A stretch of 64,000 bases of DNA from the human T2T-CHM13v2.0 reference genome, Homo sapiens. Positions 34,860 to 49,529 of the stretch are shown in pieces. Location of the stretch: the NCBI RefSeq assembly GCF_009914755.1, contig NC_060938.1; one strand, 5' to 3'. The notes below the pieces were generated by a model that had not been told where the DNA came from, made no database searches, and was given only the letters and a program-made list of their open reading frames with translations. Numbering within the stretch: position 1 is the stretch's first letter; every line of letters starts with the position of its first letter. The position numbers and the translations under genes were made by a program.

Positions 34860-35577
34860 TAATAGTGCTAGCCAATGATCATTAATGGCTGCCAAAAACC
34901 AATAATAGATAAAAGGCTTATGGAGAACTTCATGATGATGGATGAATTAAGCTGACATCTGTACCCATGGCTGCATCTTAACATCACAGACAAATCAGTC
35001 ATTATATGTCACTGGAACCTATGCAATAGAAAGTACACAACATTATCTATGCAGTATTCTGGCAAAAAGGATGCAAGAACAAAAACAGATGCAAGAACAA
35101 GTAGATCACCCTTGTTCGGTACCCTTTCAAAAGAAAGCTAACATATAATTTTTTAAAAGATGGTGACAATAAAACAGAACAAAACAAGCCTTTTGGTGAA
35201 ACTGACCTTAGGCTTCTATTAAACTGCAATTGAAAGTTTAATATGTATAGTTTAAGCAACTTCAGTACTTAAAGAGAAAATATTTAAACAGAAAAGAAGC
35301 CAATGTATGAAACACATGTACACAGCAAATGACTTTAATATCACATCGTAGAAACACAAAATTACTTTACATTCTAATATGTTCATTATGTTAAAAATGC
35401 TTTACAGCCAAAACCAAGCATAACAATGTAACAATTTTTTCTAATGTATAGTCAATTCAGTGTATTTATATGAGTTACTTATAAAAGCCATAATATTTTG
35501 GCTAACAGAGCTTCCCTCAGGAAATATATAATAGAAACAAAATTCTAAATACTGCATTATTAAAAACAAAAGCTGCC

Positions 35578-35872
35578 TTTTTTTTTTTTTTGAGACAGAG
35601 TCTAGCCTCGTCCCCCAGGCTAAAGTCAGTGATGCAATCTCGGCTCACTGCAACCTCCACCTCTCAGGTTCAAGCGATTCTCCTGCCTCAGCCTCCCGAG
35701 TAGGTGAGATTACAGGAACCTGCCACCATGCCTGGCTACTTTTTGTATTTTTAGTAGAGATGGGGTTTCACCGTGTTGGTCAGGCTGGTCTCCAACTCCT
35801 GACCTTAGGTGATCCATCTGTCTTGGCCTCCCAAAGTGCTAGGATTCCAGGCGTGAGCCACTATACCCTGCC
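35578..35872 (-). mobile_element. AluSx-like
   Basis: Reverse dimer; TSD taaaaacaaaagc. Confidence 0.92.
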
Positions 35873-35912
35873 TAAAAACAAAAGCCTTTATAGTAATTAA
35901 AAACAAGACAAG

Positions 35913-36210
<298 letters not shown>

Positions 36211-36587
36211 TATACAGGTTTAGAGCGTATTAAAAGTTTGTGGCAATTTCATCTATTAAGAAAACCCATACTTCCATATATGTACTGAACTTGCCTAAAT
36301 CTAGAACCACATGTACTCTTACATTTAAACAACATTAGGTACCAAAAGCCATATCTGACTATAAATTTGGGATTCATATTTAAAGGAAGCACAAAGACCT
36401 CTCTGTAAATACTCTCATTTTTAAAGCCTGACAATTTGATAAAGGAGCCATGAAGTACCCAAAAAGTTGCAAATAGGCACATCAGCTTTACTAACGCTAT
36501 TAAAAAACTCCAATGCCCTGTAAAGCCATGATTCCTAAACTTTCTTAGAGATATCTATTAATAATTTCAAAACATACCCCAACTGTA

Positions 36588-36889
<302 letters not shown>

Positions 36890-37172
36890 CCAGCTGTACT
36901 TTCTGAAAGCACAATGTGTGATATATTTTTTCAAATTATTATTTGGGATAATTTTACAAAATCTATTGAGATAAATGTACAGTACAAAACAATGCAAACC
37001 ACTGTTCTAAAGCATAAAGCATTACCAAAACAGATCCAGAAGATTAAAAAATAAAAAAGCTATGTCAAGCTCTAATAAATCATTCCTCCAGTATGAGTTC
37101 AGCCAGAAAGCTCAAACTTCAATAACTAACATCCCAAGTATGTGGGAAAAGCACAGAACACAAAACACTCAC

Positions 37173-37451
37173 TTTTTTTTTTTTTTTTTTTTTGAGACGG
37201 AGTCTCACGCTGTCGCCCATGCTGGAGGGCAGTGGCACAATCTTGGCTCACTGCACCCTCCACACCGCGGGTTCCCTGGTTCAAGCGATTCTCCTGCCTC
37301 AGACTCCTGAGTAGCTGGGATTACAGGCACACACCACCATGCCCAGCTAATTTTTGTATTTTTAGTAGAGACGGGGTTTCACCATGTTGGTCAGGCTGGT
37401 CTTGAACTCCTGACCTTGTGATCCACCTGCCTCGGCCTCCCAAAGTGCTGG
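37173..37451 (-). mobile_element. AluS, 5'-truncated
   Basis: Stops at caaagtgctggga; TSD aa(c/t)actcact. Confidence 0.9.
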
Positions 37452-39639
37452 GAAATACTCACTCTTACAAAGGACATGTGCAAACAGTTATGGATGTGTA
37501 TTCTATCCCCAGCTCTTTCCATATGTCTTATTTCATAGCCAAAACTGCTCTAGGAGGTAGTACTATTACCACCAATTTACAGATGAGAAAACAGGTTCAA
37601 GTGAATTATTTTACCAGTGGTCACACAACAAGTGGTATAAGGTCAAATGCAAACCTGCTACTAACCATGTAATCTCAGCAACAAAAGATCAATTGTTATT
37701 TATTCTTTAAAGAAAAATATGACTACCACTAGTAAAAGAAAAAGCAAGCCACCAATTTTGATCCAAATCAGTGGGAAAAAATGATAACTTCAGTTTTTGA
37801 GTGACAAGAACAAAATTACCTTTCTGTAATTTCAAGTAGTCCTTGAAAGTAATAAACTGGATTCACAATTAATCCTCAAAACAGCTTCTATTTGCAGGAA
37901 TTAACTGCACAAACACCTTCTATTAATACAAAGTAAAACATTCACACACTAAACATATGACTTAGTCGAAGACACAGATAAAGTATTATTTTCTCTCTCA
38001 GCTATCAGTAGATGTGCCAAAAAACTTAATCTCATACAACCAGGCAGATATTTATGAGATCTACCATTATGAATAAGACTCAAATAGGCCGGTTTCCAAA
38101 TTTTGTAGTGGCTACAGAGAATAAAATGGATCTAGAGCTCTAACACAGTTCCACAGGGTCCCTAGTAATGGATACTACACATTATTAGCATGTGTTATAA
38201 TCAAGATGTTGATAAAAAGATCTAAGTATTAAACTCAACCAAATGCTTTCTCTCTTCCTCTGCAAAATAAATACAGAAAAGGTGGTGTCTCTAAAGATTA
38301 TCAACCCCTCCTCAAAAGATTCTGGTTACACAAATATTTACACATTACCCGAGTAACTGCAAATCCAGTATTTCTTGATAAAGCTCACACTTTTCAGTCT
38401 GATTTTTGTATCCTGATTTCTTTAGTCATCTTTAAACGTTTAAAAATGTTTTCGAGACAGAACTAAAATTTAAGCGCAAAACAAAGGAATTCAGTCTGCC
38501 TTTAGTATTCCAACTAAAGACTTCCTGTTAACAGCAGGATTCCTTTCTTTGGAACATACAGTAAGTGCGTGACTGGTATGCGGCCAAGAACATTAAAGGT
38601 CAAATTTTCTAATCTGAAAGTTCTACAGCTAAACGTAGAACTTTCTAGGCTCTAAAACTTTCTGAGATTATACAACTTGTTTTTGTGCTTCTACTAAATA
38701 CAATAAGCTGAATTTAACCCTTGACACAAGGTGTTTCCTGAAAATCTAATAACTAATTGACAGGAATTACTATTGCCATTAAGTCATTACAAAACAAATT
38801 TTCCAACCTTTTTATGCTTATGACAATCAAAATTCAATGTTTCTGAAAATAGATCTATCGCACAAACCTATCCTATCCTCCTACAAACTTACTTTCTCCT
38901 TTCTATTCATTCAAATTCCTTGAACCTTATTCAGCATAAATCCTAAAAATATGTTTTAAGTCTTCTCAAGGTGAATTCAAGAAACTTTCAGCTACTGTCT
39001 CATATTCAGATTTTTCCCTTGTGGAAGAGGCAGTTATTAGGCTTTTCTGTTTGGCATGTAATTGGTTATTAATCTTTCCCTGCAACTTTAGAGATTCCTT
39101 CAAAAAAAGTACTACTTTTTTCTACAAGGTAAAACATTAAATCTATATTGCCCTGATAAAAATTAATCTTATCAAATGAAGTCTCTCAAGCTCTCAAGCA
39201 GTGTATCAACTGCTGTAAAGAATTTTTTTTTTTTTTTTTTTGGTTGGGAGAGATACCTTATTACCTGAGATTCTTCAACTACCTGCAACCTTCTTTAAAC
39301 CTAACGCAATCTGATATAAAAGAGCCTGGGATGAGACTTCGAAGGCAGAAGTCTACTGTCTCATTAAAACAAGGTCTTGGCTATTCCATGAAATCAAATC
39401 TTATTTCAGTGCATGTGTGTTCCAATAAAACTACTGTATTGCAGGAGGCAAGTCTATCTGGCCTATGGGTGTAGCTTGCTGACTCCTGCTGAAGCCTCCC
39501 TCATAAAATTAAAAACACCCTCAAGATTAAAATTACGGTAGGGGCCCGAATTTTGATAAAATATTTTCCTTCTCTTTTTCCACCTCCATGTATGACTGCT
39601 TGCAAAGTCATTTCAACAAATGGCAGTCACTAATAATTG

Positions 39640-40618
39640 TCTTCCTGTGGCAGCCCCTGGGCAGGCTGCCCATAAGATTAACAAACCTGTTTCTTTTAAA
39701 GAACAATAATCCAGACTGGGTGCTGCGGCACATGCCTGTAATCCCAGCACTTTGGGAGGCCAAGGCAGGCAGATTGCTTGAGCTTGGGAGTTTGACCAGC
39801 CTGGGCAACACTGAAATTCAGTCTCTACTAAAAATACAAAAAATTAGCCAGGTGTGGTGGTGCATGCCTGTAGTCCCAGCTACTCAGGAGGCTGAGGTGG
39901 GAGGATTGCTTGAGCCCGAGGTCGAGGCTGCAGTGAGCTGTGATCATGCTACTGCACTACAGCCCGGGCAACAGAGCAAGATCCTGTCTCAAAAAAGAAA
40001 ATAGAAGAGAAGAACAAGAAAACAATGATCCTAGATCACACAGACCCCCTTGATAGTTTCCAGAATTTGGACTGGCCAAACAGGCCAGGCCACTTTGATC
40101 ACTGGTGATCTCACCTCCTGCAAACTCTTCTGCTAAGCTATAGGTTTAAACAGTAACCTGCCATTTTTTCCCAGCTTTCTTTCCATAGTAACTGGCAGTC
40201 ACAAACACTACTGTAAAACCTAAGACTGGTCTTCGAGATATTTTTCAGACTTTGCTTACAAGTGGACCAACTGACACCAAATGGACCAGTGTTCCATGAA
40301 CTCAACCAAGGAACTGACTTGGTCTTGTGACTCCCCAATTTCCCAGCAACTGATTCAGCACATGAAGACAGCATTGATAACCCTATGATCTCATACCAGT
40401 CCAATCACCAGCACCCATCCCCTAGCCCCCTGCCTGCCAAATCATCTTTAAATATCTTAGCTTCTCCAGTCTTGGCGGTGATGACTCTGAGAAACATTTC
40501 CCATCCTCCTTACTCAGCTGCCTTGCAATAATTAAACTCTTTCTTCTTTACAGTATCTGCTGTCTCAGTGTTCTGCTCTATTCGGATAGCAGACAAGAGC
40601 CCAGTCAGGTGGTAACAT
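39640..40618 (+). mobile_element. ERV1-class (MER4-group-like) solo LTR split by an AluJ at 39713-40010
   Basis: ccaatca...ccctagccccctgcc, attaaactctt poly(A) region, ends ggtaaca; Alu TSD aacaat(a/g)atcc. The left boundary is uncertain. Confidence 0.65.
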
Positions 40619-40619
40619 T

Positions 40620-42609
<1,990 letters not shown>

Positions 42610-45321
42610 TGAAATCTTATTTTTTTAATGACATACTTGAATCTGAAAACGTATGCAATTAACTTGTACTTTATTTTGAAGTTGTGACTGGAAAGTTGCT
42701 TTAAAGTCTGTCTTTAAACTTAGAAAAATTATCTCAAATTGCTCCTAAGAGAGGATCAGTAGAGATTTAGTTCTTATAGTATTTCCTCAATTATATTTGG
42801 CAAATTAGATTTTCAAAACAAGAGTTTAACTTGTTATTAATTCCTCATATTTACATACTTAAACCTCAGGTAGAAAAGTATTACAAGCTATCAGTGACGT
42901 CTACAATATAGGTGGGAAAGGTGAACGCAAAGAATAACACATATTCTATATTAACAGTAAACATAGCTATTTCTGTTCTCCCTCAGCTACCAAAAACTGT
43001 CTTAAGCCTCCAGATTTAAAACCGCTGGGTTCATTCACTCATTCAGCCATTTATTTTTGTGAGCATCTCTTAGGCAGTCATGTGCTGTGCTAATCCTATC
43101 TGACTCTTCCCTCTCCTTTGTCCTTCAAACCCCGTTAGTGGCCAAGTCCCATTAATGTGGGCGTGTCCCACTTCTCCTCTTTCCAAATTTCTGAAGTATA
43201 GGTCAAGTCCTCATTAACCACTGAATATGCACCAAATGGAAGATTACGCAGTCATTAAAACCACTCATAAAAAGTATACAACATGAAGAAAATCATTCAA
43301 GTAAAAAGAACAGAAAACTGTACAAAATATTATATAATCACATCCATGTAAAAAAAGAATTTGGCATGGAAAAAGATGAAGAAAATAACATACTAAGAGG
43401 ATCTCTGGTGGACAGGTACTTTGCCTTTACGTTTCTGCATTTTGCAAATTTCCTGTAATAAGCAGTTATTATTCTAGAAGAAAATATAAATGAGCTTTAT
43501 TTTTAAAACTTACTATTTTAGTTAGATAACAAATTATTCCTGAGGTTCAGAACTGCATATCAGAAATAACCAAAATAAACACTCAAGCATGCAGCTAATT
43601 CTTTAACCTAATTCCTTAAAAACTAAAAGGTGCTTTTACCCATGCCTCTTACTGCATTTCCACATGCCTAGAAAACCTCTCCTCTACAATGTTCCAGTGA
43701 GACTCTGATGTCAGCTTTCATAAAATAAGTTGTTCTTACCAACTATTCCACATTATTTTTAAAACTTCAGTGATCTGCTTTCTCCTAAACTCTAATTCTC
43801 ATTTTTCCTTTAAAAGCATCCTAGATTTGCGTTTTCCTATTACCACTGGTACCCACTGGTACCTGCAATCCTCTTTTCTCTAGGAATCTACCCTTAATTC
43901 TAGTACAAAACTAATCTTTAAACACTGCTTTCATAAAATCACTTGTCTTTCCAAAATGTGCAAGAGCTTCCACTTGACTCAAATCTAAGCCTATTGTTGA
44001 ACCACAAATCTCCACTCAACCTTACATCTTATTTCTTCAAACCAGGCAGAACTACACTGTTCCTTATATTTAAACCATGCCTACTCTGTTTTCATTGTGC
44101 TATTCCCAATTTTCCACGTAAAATGTCCTTCTTCTGGCCCTTGTTAATCTAAAGGCCAAGCTCAAGGCCCACTCCAAGTCCTACCTCTTCCATGAATCAT
44201 CTCTTTAAGTATTCCAGCCTATACTCATCTCTCTTCTGATTCCCTGTTGCACTTACAGTTAGTATCACAAAGTATAACAATTTTTCTGTGACCATTGTGT
44301 ATAGATTGGTTTTGTTTCCACAAATAAGGTACTAGACAAATAAGGTACCAGAAAGCAGAGACCAACAGACCCAAGGAAAACGCTAGACACATAAACAGTT
44401 AATATTAAATGAATAAATTTTTTCTACAGTCAAAATACTAATGCTCCAAACCATTTTTAAGTCGCCTTATTTGAAGTTATGTGAGCCAAAAAGTAAATCT
44501 GTCTCACATTTTATTTTTATCCTGCCAAAATTTAAAGTCTATAACTTGGTAGAAAAAAAAAATCAGACAAGAAAGTTTAATTTTCATCTCACTTCATTTT
44601 ATCTGGTAAAACCAGGACTTCAGGAATAAAGTAGAATTGTACATTTCTCCCATCTCTTCTGCTCCTTTCAGAAGTATCTCCAACTCAGGAGATATGGAAA
44701 GTACCTTCTTTTCTTAAATTATATGGTAATTTTTTTTGTCTGTTACAAAAATAATAAAAAGACATGCTCAACACATAATTAACCATATGACAATAAGTCT
44801 TTTTGATCAACTCAGGAAATAATTCTTGAACTACTTTTTGTTGAGAAAAAGGGCAGGATCTAGCGAAGTAATGTGGTTGCTCAGGGTATCACTGAGCATG
44901 CCCAGTTGTTCCTACTCTTCTTTCCTTTCCCAAGTTTGTCAAGTGTCTCTGAGGACTCCGTCAAGTGTCTCTGAAGACTTACCCTTCCCATTATTCTACC
45001 AAACCTAAACCTAAATTCAGCCCAACTGGAGACATTAAATTCTCTAGGTTTTCAAGGGTCACAGCATTAAGAGTCTAGACAGCCTTGAGATAAATACCAA
45101 GTTTACATAACATGAGTTAATAAAATAAATGGTCACAAGGACTCTTCCATTCAGTGTAGATTAACAACTATTTGCACACAGGCTTAAGCAGGATGAGCAA
45201 AGTGGAAAAACATTTCGCTAGTAGTATTTGTTCGTGTCCCAAGAAAATCTAGAAAAGAACATCTTTTTAATTGACATGTCAATAAATATAAACTACTATA
45301 TTATTTATAATGTTAAGCTAC

Positions 45322-45762
45322 CTGAAGCATGCCTCCCCTGATTCTGTGGCATTCTTTGGAAGAGATCATGGTTGTATTCATAATATCTGTAGTCTTCATG
45401 TGCACGATCTCCAAGTGGCCGCTTTCTCTGACCATCAAAAAAATTGTCTGAATAATAATATCGGGAACCAGAGTCTCCATTTTCAACAGCAAAACTAACT
45501 TCCGTTACAAATGACTGAGAAGAACCATACTCTCTAGGGACATCTGCTAGACTTCTGGCAAGATAAGAAGGTGCAGATAATCTGTTGCTTTCTCTTCTCA
45601 TTATTTCATGAGGTGTTCTTTGAATTGGAGTTCTAAGGAAACTCTGGTTTCTTGAAACTACATCTCCAGAAGTTGAAAAGGCATTAGGGCTTGAATCTGG
45701 AAGACAGATATCAGTTCGTCTTGGAATTGTTGGACCATGCCGGATGAATGAAGGCATAAGAT
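45322..45762 (-). CDS. SAV1: SAV1 exon 2
   Basis: ttgtag|AT CTT ATG CCT...TCA G|gtagct, 441 nt, (N)LMPSFIRHGPTIPRR...QGRHAS. Confidence 0.98.
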
Positions 45763-46746
45763 CTACAATAAAACAAAGGATAAAATTACCCTTTCATCAT
45801 TAAGTAACAAAAGTTTTCGAAATTTGTTCATTTATGTCTACCACCCCAAAATCAAAATGTCAGTCAACTTAAGAAAACACAATTTTAAATTTTGGTTTAG
45901 GATGGTACTTGGGCATTTTAAATTGAGGAAGATTAATATTTTCCCAATCAAATGAATTTATATAACTTGCATTAATGGACTATGCGTAAAAGCTCAGCTA
46001 GAATAAAATGTATTCTGCATACTACCATACATAATATGATAAAATATCAATAATCTTATCTATGAACTACACATTAATGAAATGCTCATGAATTAATGTA
46101 TAAAAATAGGAAATAATATAACAAATTGATAGTTTCTAGTTAAGTAGTTTATTTTGTTGTTCTCACTTCATTTTAGAAACTGCCAAAAATCCTTCTTGAA
46201 GCAAACACAATTTCAAAAATAGAACTTAATGCTACTCCCAAATATGTAAAAGTGGATTCCTTTAAAAATTAAAAAATTAGTAGCTCTTTCTTCTCTTGGA
46301 ATTACCTAGCACTAGCACAGTAATCAAAAGCTAGAAAGCCAAAAATTTATGTATGAAAATTGAAAATAAAAAGCTCTCATTTCAAAGAAGCACACAAATG
46401 TAGAAGTGGCTCAAAAAACCAAGCCTGAAACTATGTAATTATAATTCAAAATAGTAGATAATAGAACAACAGCTTTTAGGATACAGTACTTTTAAACACG
46501 AAACTTGAAAACAGCTTAAGACATTCCCAGTTAGAAAGCAAATACCTTTAAAACAAGACAAAAACCTGAATATGCAGACCCTCTTATTATTCATCAAGTA
46601 AACAATATTGGAGACACTCATATTAATAAGCTTCAGAAACTAACACTGGACAGAAACAAATATCTGAATAAATAAGGCTCAACACTTGATGTAACGACAA
46701 CAAAACAAAGTAGATCAAAAGTTATTTGCTTAACTGTGACAAACAT

Positions 46747-46800
46747 TAACAAAACTGCACGTTCTACACATGTACCCCAGAACTTAAAGTATAATAAAAA
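46747..46800 (+). mobile_element. 54-bp L1PA 3'-terminal insertion
   Basis: taacaaaactgcacgttctacacatgtaccccagaacttaaagtataataaaaa between 12-bp TSDs tgtgacaaacat. Confidence 0.88.
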
Positions 46801-48015
46801 GTGTGACAAACATAATTCACGATTTCAAGTAATGTCTGATAAACTTTATTTGCAGCAAACAGCAAGCTATCACTTAAAAACAGCCAGAAACCTAACTGCA
46901 TGTGTGACTGAAAATCAAGTTGTTAAAAAAAAAAAAAAACAACTTAAAAATCAAGTTTCGAGTTACTGATGTACTCAACTGACATATATTTTGTTGAAAG
47001 TATTGCAAGTACCACCATAAATCTGGAAGGCTGACAATGTGGTTATGATGGAAAAACATGCTCTCCCATCTGTGTGATCTTGGGCAAATACTAGAAACCT
47101 AACTTTCCCAATTACAATATGAGGTAATACTTAAGTCACAAGGTTACTACCAGCTTCCAAGAAGGAAACTTAAGCAAAGGGCCCAGGGCGCAGTAAGAGC
47201 ACCAAAATACCAGCTCCATGCCTCACAAATGTCCTGAACACACAAGAATTAAAAATTCAAGAGATTCAACTCAAAAATCAAATACTTACATTAAGAAGAA
47301 AAGCAGCGGGGGACCGGAGGTGGGGATTGGGAGTGGGATCTACCCTATTAAAAAAAAAAACTTTTCGAGGGGGGGTTCTCTAATACGATAGAAATTATTT
47401 TGAGTTGCCTTCTTGGAATCTCACGAATATAGCCAAATACAAAGGCTTTTGGCTCTCTGCTGTGCTGTGTAAGAGTGATGAGGCTTTGGGTGGCGGCTAC
47501 AAGAACGACGGTATGCTTTTCACCTTCTCAAGTCTGCATCCGGCAGCAGGACTAAGGAATTCTGCCCCAGAGTTCGCACAACTTGCAGCACAGTCGAGAG
47601 ACACCCGCAATGTTTGCAAACATGACGCACATCTCGACGCATCTAAAAGAGTAAAAAGTGTCCCTGTCTAATTACTTTTACTCCTATAGCATTAGGTGAT
47701 AAGCAATTTAAATGTTTCCTACTCTCTCTTCCAGTAATCAAAACCAACAACTCTGCCTGGTGGGGCGAGGAAGTCTGTTATTTTTAGGGGGTGCTCTTGG
47801 GGGGGTTAGGCGCGGGGGGGACTAACCCAAGTTTCTTACTCTTATGGGCTTTCAATCAACGAATACCACTTCAGACACAAGAAAATCTCAAAACCAGTAT
47901 TTCACGCGACCAAGGACGAAGGAGAAGCCCTGGAGACCCGCCGGCGCCCCCGCCAGGGTCCCCGGAGCACCTGGCCGCCTGGGCCAGGTGTGGGCACGCC
48001 CCGCCTGACACTCAC

Positions 48016-48109
48016 TCCGAAGCAGAGGCGACGTCTCCTTCTTCACGTACTTCCCCTGCACCTCGGCCGGCTTGGACACTTCGTTTTTGGTTTTCTTTCG
48101 GGACAGCAT
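48016..48109 (-). CDS. SAV1: SAV1 exon 1, coding part
   Basis: aggATG CTG TCC...CGG A|gtgagt, 94 nt, MLSRKKTKNEVSKPAEVQGKYVKKETSPLLR. The five exons sum to 1152 nt with consistent phases. Confidence 0.98.
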
Positions 48110-48148
48110 CCTTCTCGACGAGGCCCGAGGCCGCGCTGAACTGCCTCC

Positions 48149-48280
48149 CTAGGGCTCCGCGCCGGGCGCCGGCCGTCTCCGCCGCCACCTCCGCCGGCGC
48201 CGCCGCCTCCTTCCCTCCCGAGCCGCCGCCTCCGCCGCCGCCTGTCCGGAGCCCGGGGTCGCCCGCAGGGACTGCCGCAT
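48149..48280 (-). other. Upstream ORF in the SAV1 5' leader (43 aa, poly-Arg)
   Basis: gaacATG at 48280 to TAG at 48151-48149, hand-translated. Whether it is translated is not shown by the sequence. Confidence 0.6.
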
Positions 48281-49529
48281 GTTCAGGGCGCTAAGCGCGC
48301 CGGCCGCCGCTCAGTCGCTGGTCAGTTCCTTCCCGGAAGTCGGCCCGCTCTGCGACGCTGCTCGGGGACGCCGTGAGGAAAGCCCAGCGACGCCGGGCCA
48401 GGGCCATGGTCCGCCGCGGGCCGCCGAATAACCGCTACCACTACCGCCGCCGCCGCCTACATCCCGTAAACTTTCCCCGCGGCCGCTGGGAATTCTGGGA
48501 AGCTCGACGCAGCGCGGGCCGCCGCTGCCCCTCCCCCACCGCGGCTCCAGGCGCGGCTCCGGCGGCGGGACTCGGGTGCCGGCGCTCTAGGCTAACGGGC
48601 CGTCCCCGCCGAGCTGCGGCTGTCCTCACTCATCCTCAGCGAGAAGCAGGTCCTGCCGACTGAGAAGATGAAGGACGAAACCTGCCCCGCTCAGTGCGGG
48701 AGTTCGTCGCATGCGCATGTCGTGGAGCCTACTCTCCACGAGTTTTTGTTGTTGTTGTTGCTTTTGTACCCCCTCGGGATCCCTAGCGGAGGCAGTGACT
48801 CTCTTCCCCCAAGACGTTGTTCCCTGTTTGAAGGTGTTCTTCCTAATGTTTCCTAGGCTGCTGAATTCAGCTCTCTAAAAAATGCGGAATGCTAACCATG
48901 ACTCCCAGGCAAGTGCTACACCAAAGCATCTATTCTGCTGGAAACGTTCATGCTGATTAACTAGAAATAAGTTGATCCTCTACTGAGTATCAGGGAGTGC
49001 GTTTTTCTATAACAGGAAAAAACGGAAGAATGCAAGATGGAATTTCCAGTACCTCTTTTTAAGATACAATTGGTGTTAGCATATTACAATTATTTTATTG
49101 CATCATCACTATCATTAGTATGATTAATAGCCACATATTTCCTCCTGACGTTATGTGTTATGATCTTAGAATTTTGAAGACTTTGACCACTGCGAGTCGG
49201 GACCGGGAATTTTCTATCTAAAATAATAGACTCTACTTCCTTCTATATAACTTAGCAAGACTGCCAAATGTACAGGATAACATTTGGAAAATAAGATTGG
49301 ATTCATCCCCTAGTGACCAAATTAATGCTTTAATAATGAGGAATGCTTTCCCTGAGATCTAAAACATCTCACAAGAGATCTAAGACATATATCACAATTA
49401 ACAAAAGACATGGAATTTTTTACCACGTAAGATTAAGAAGATGGTCAAATGTTTTACCATGAGCAAACAAAGGAGACATTTGATCTAGTGTCTGTCTCCA
49501 TATGTTCCCTTGGTGCAGATCTCCCACAA

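Larger units (their letters stand above)
47900..48800. promoter_or_regulatory. SAV1: CpG-island promoter of SAV1
   Basis: Very GC- and CpG-dense block over exon 1. ETS/GABP CCGGAAGT at 48333-48340, NRF1-like CGCATGCGCA at 48708-48717, no evident TATA box. Confidence 0.92.

Noticed and set aside
47791-48663. Long + strand ORFs (167 aa and 96 aa) across the SAV1 promoter, as a possible antisense gene
   Set aside because: GC-rich DNA is poor in stop codons and the products are low-complexity. A divergent non-coding transcript is possible but not supportable from sequence alone.
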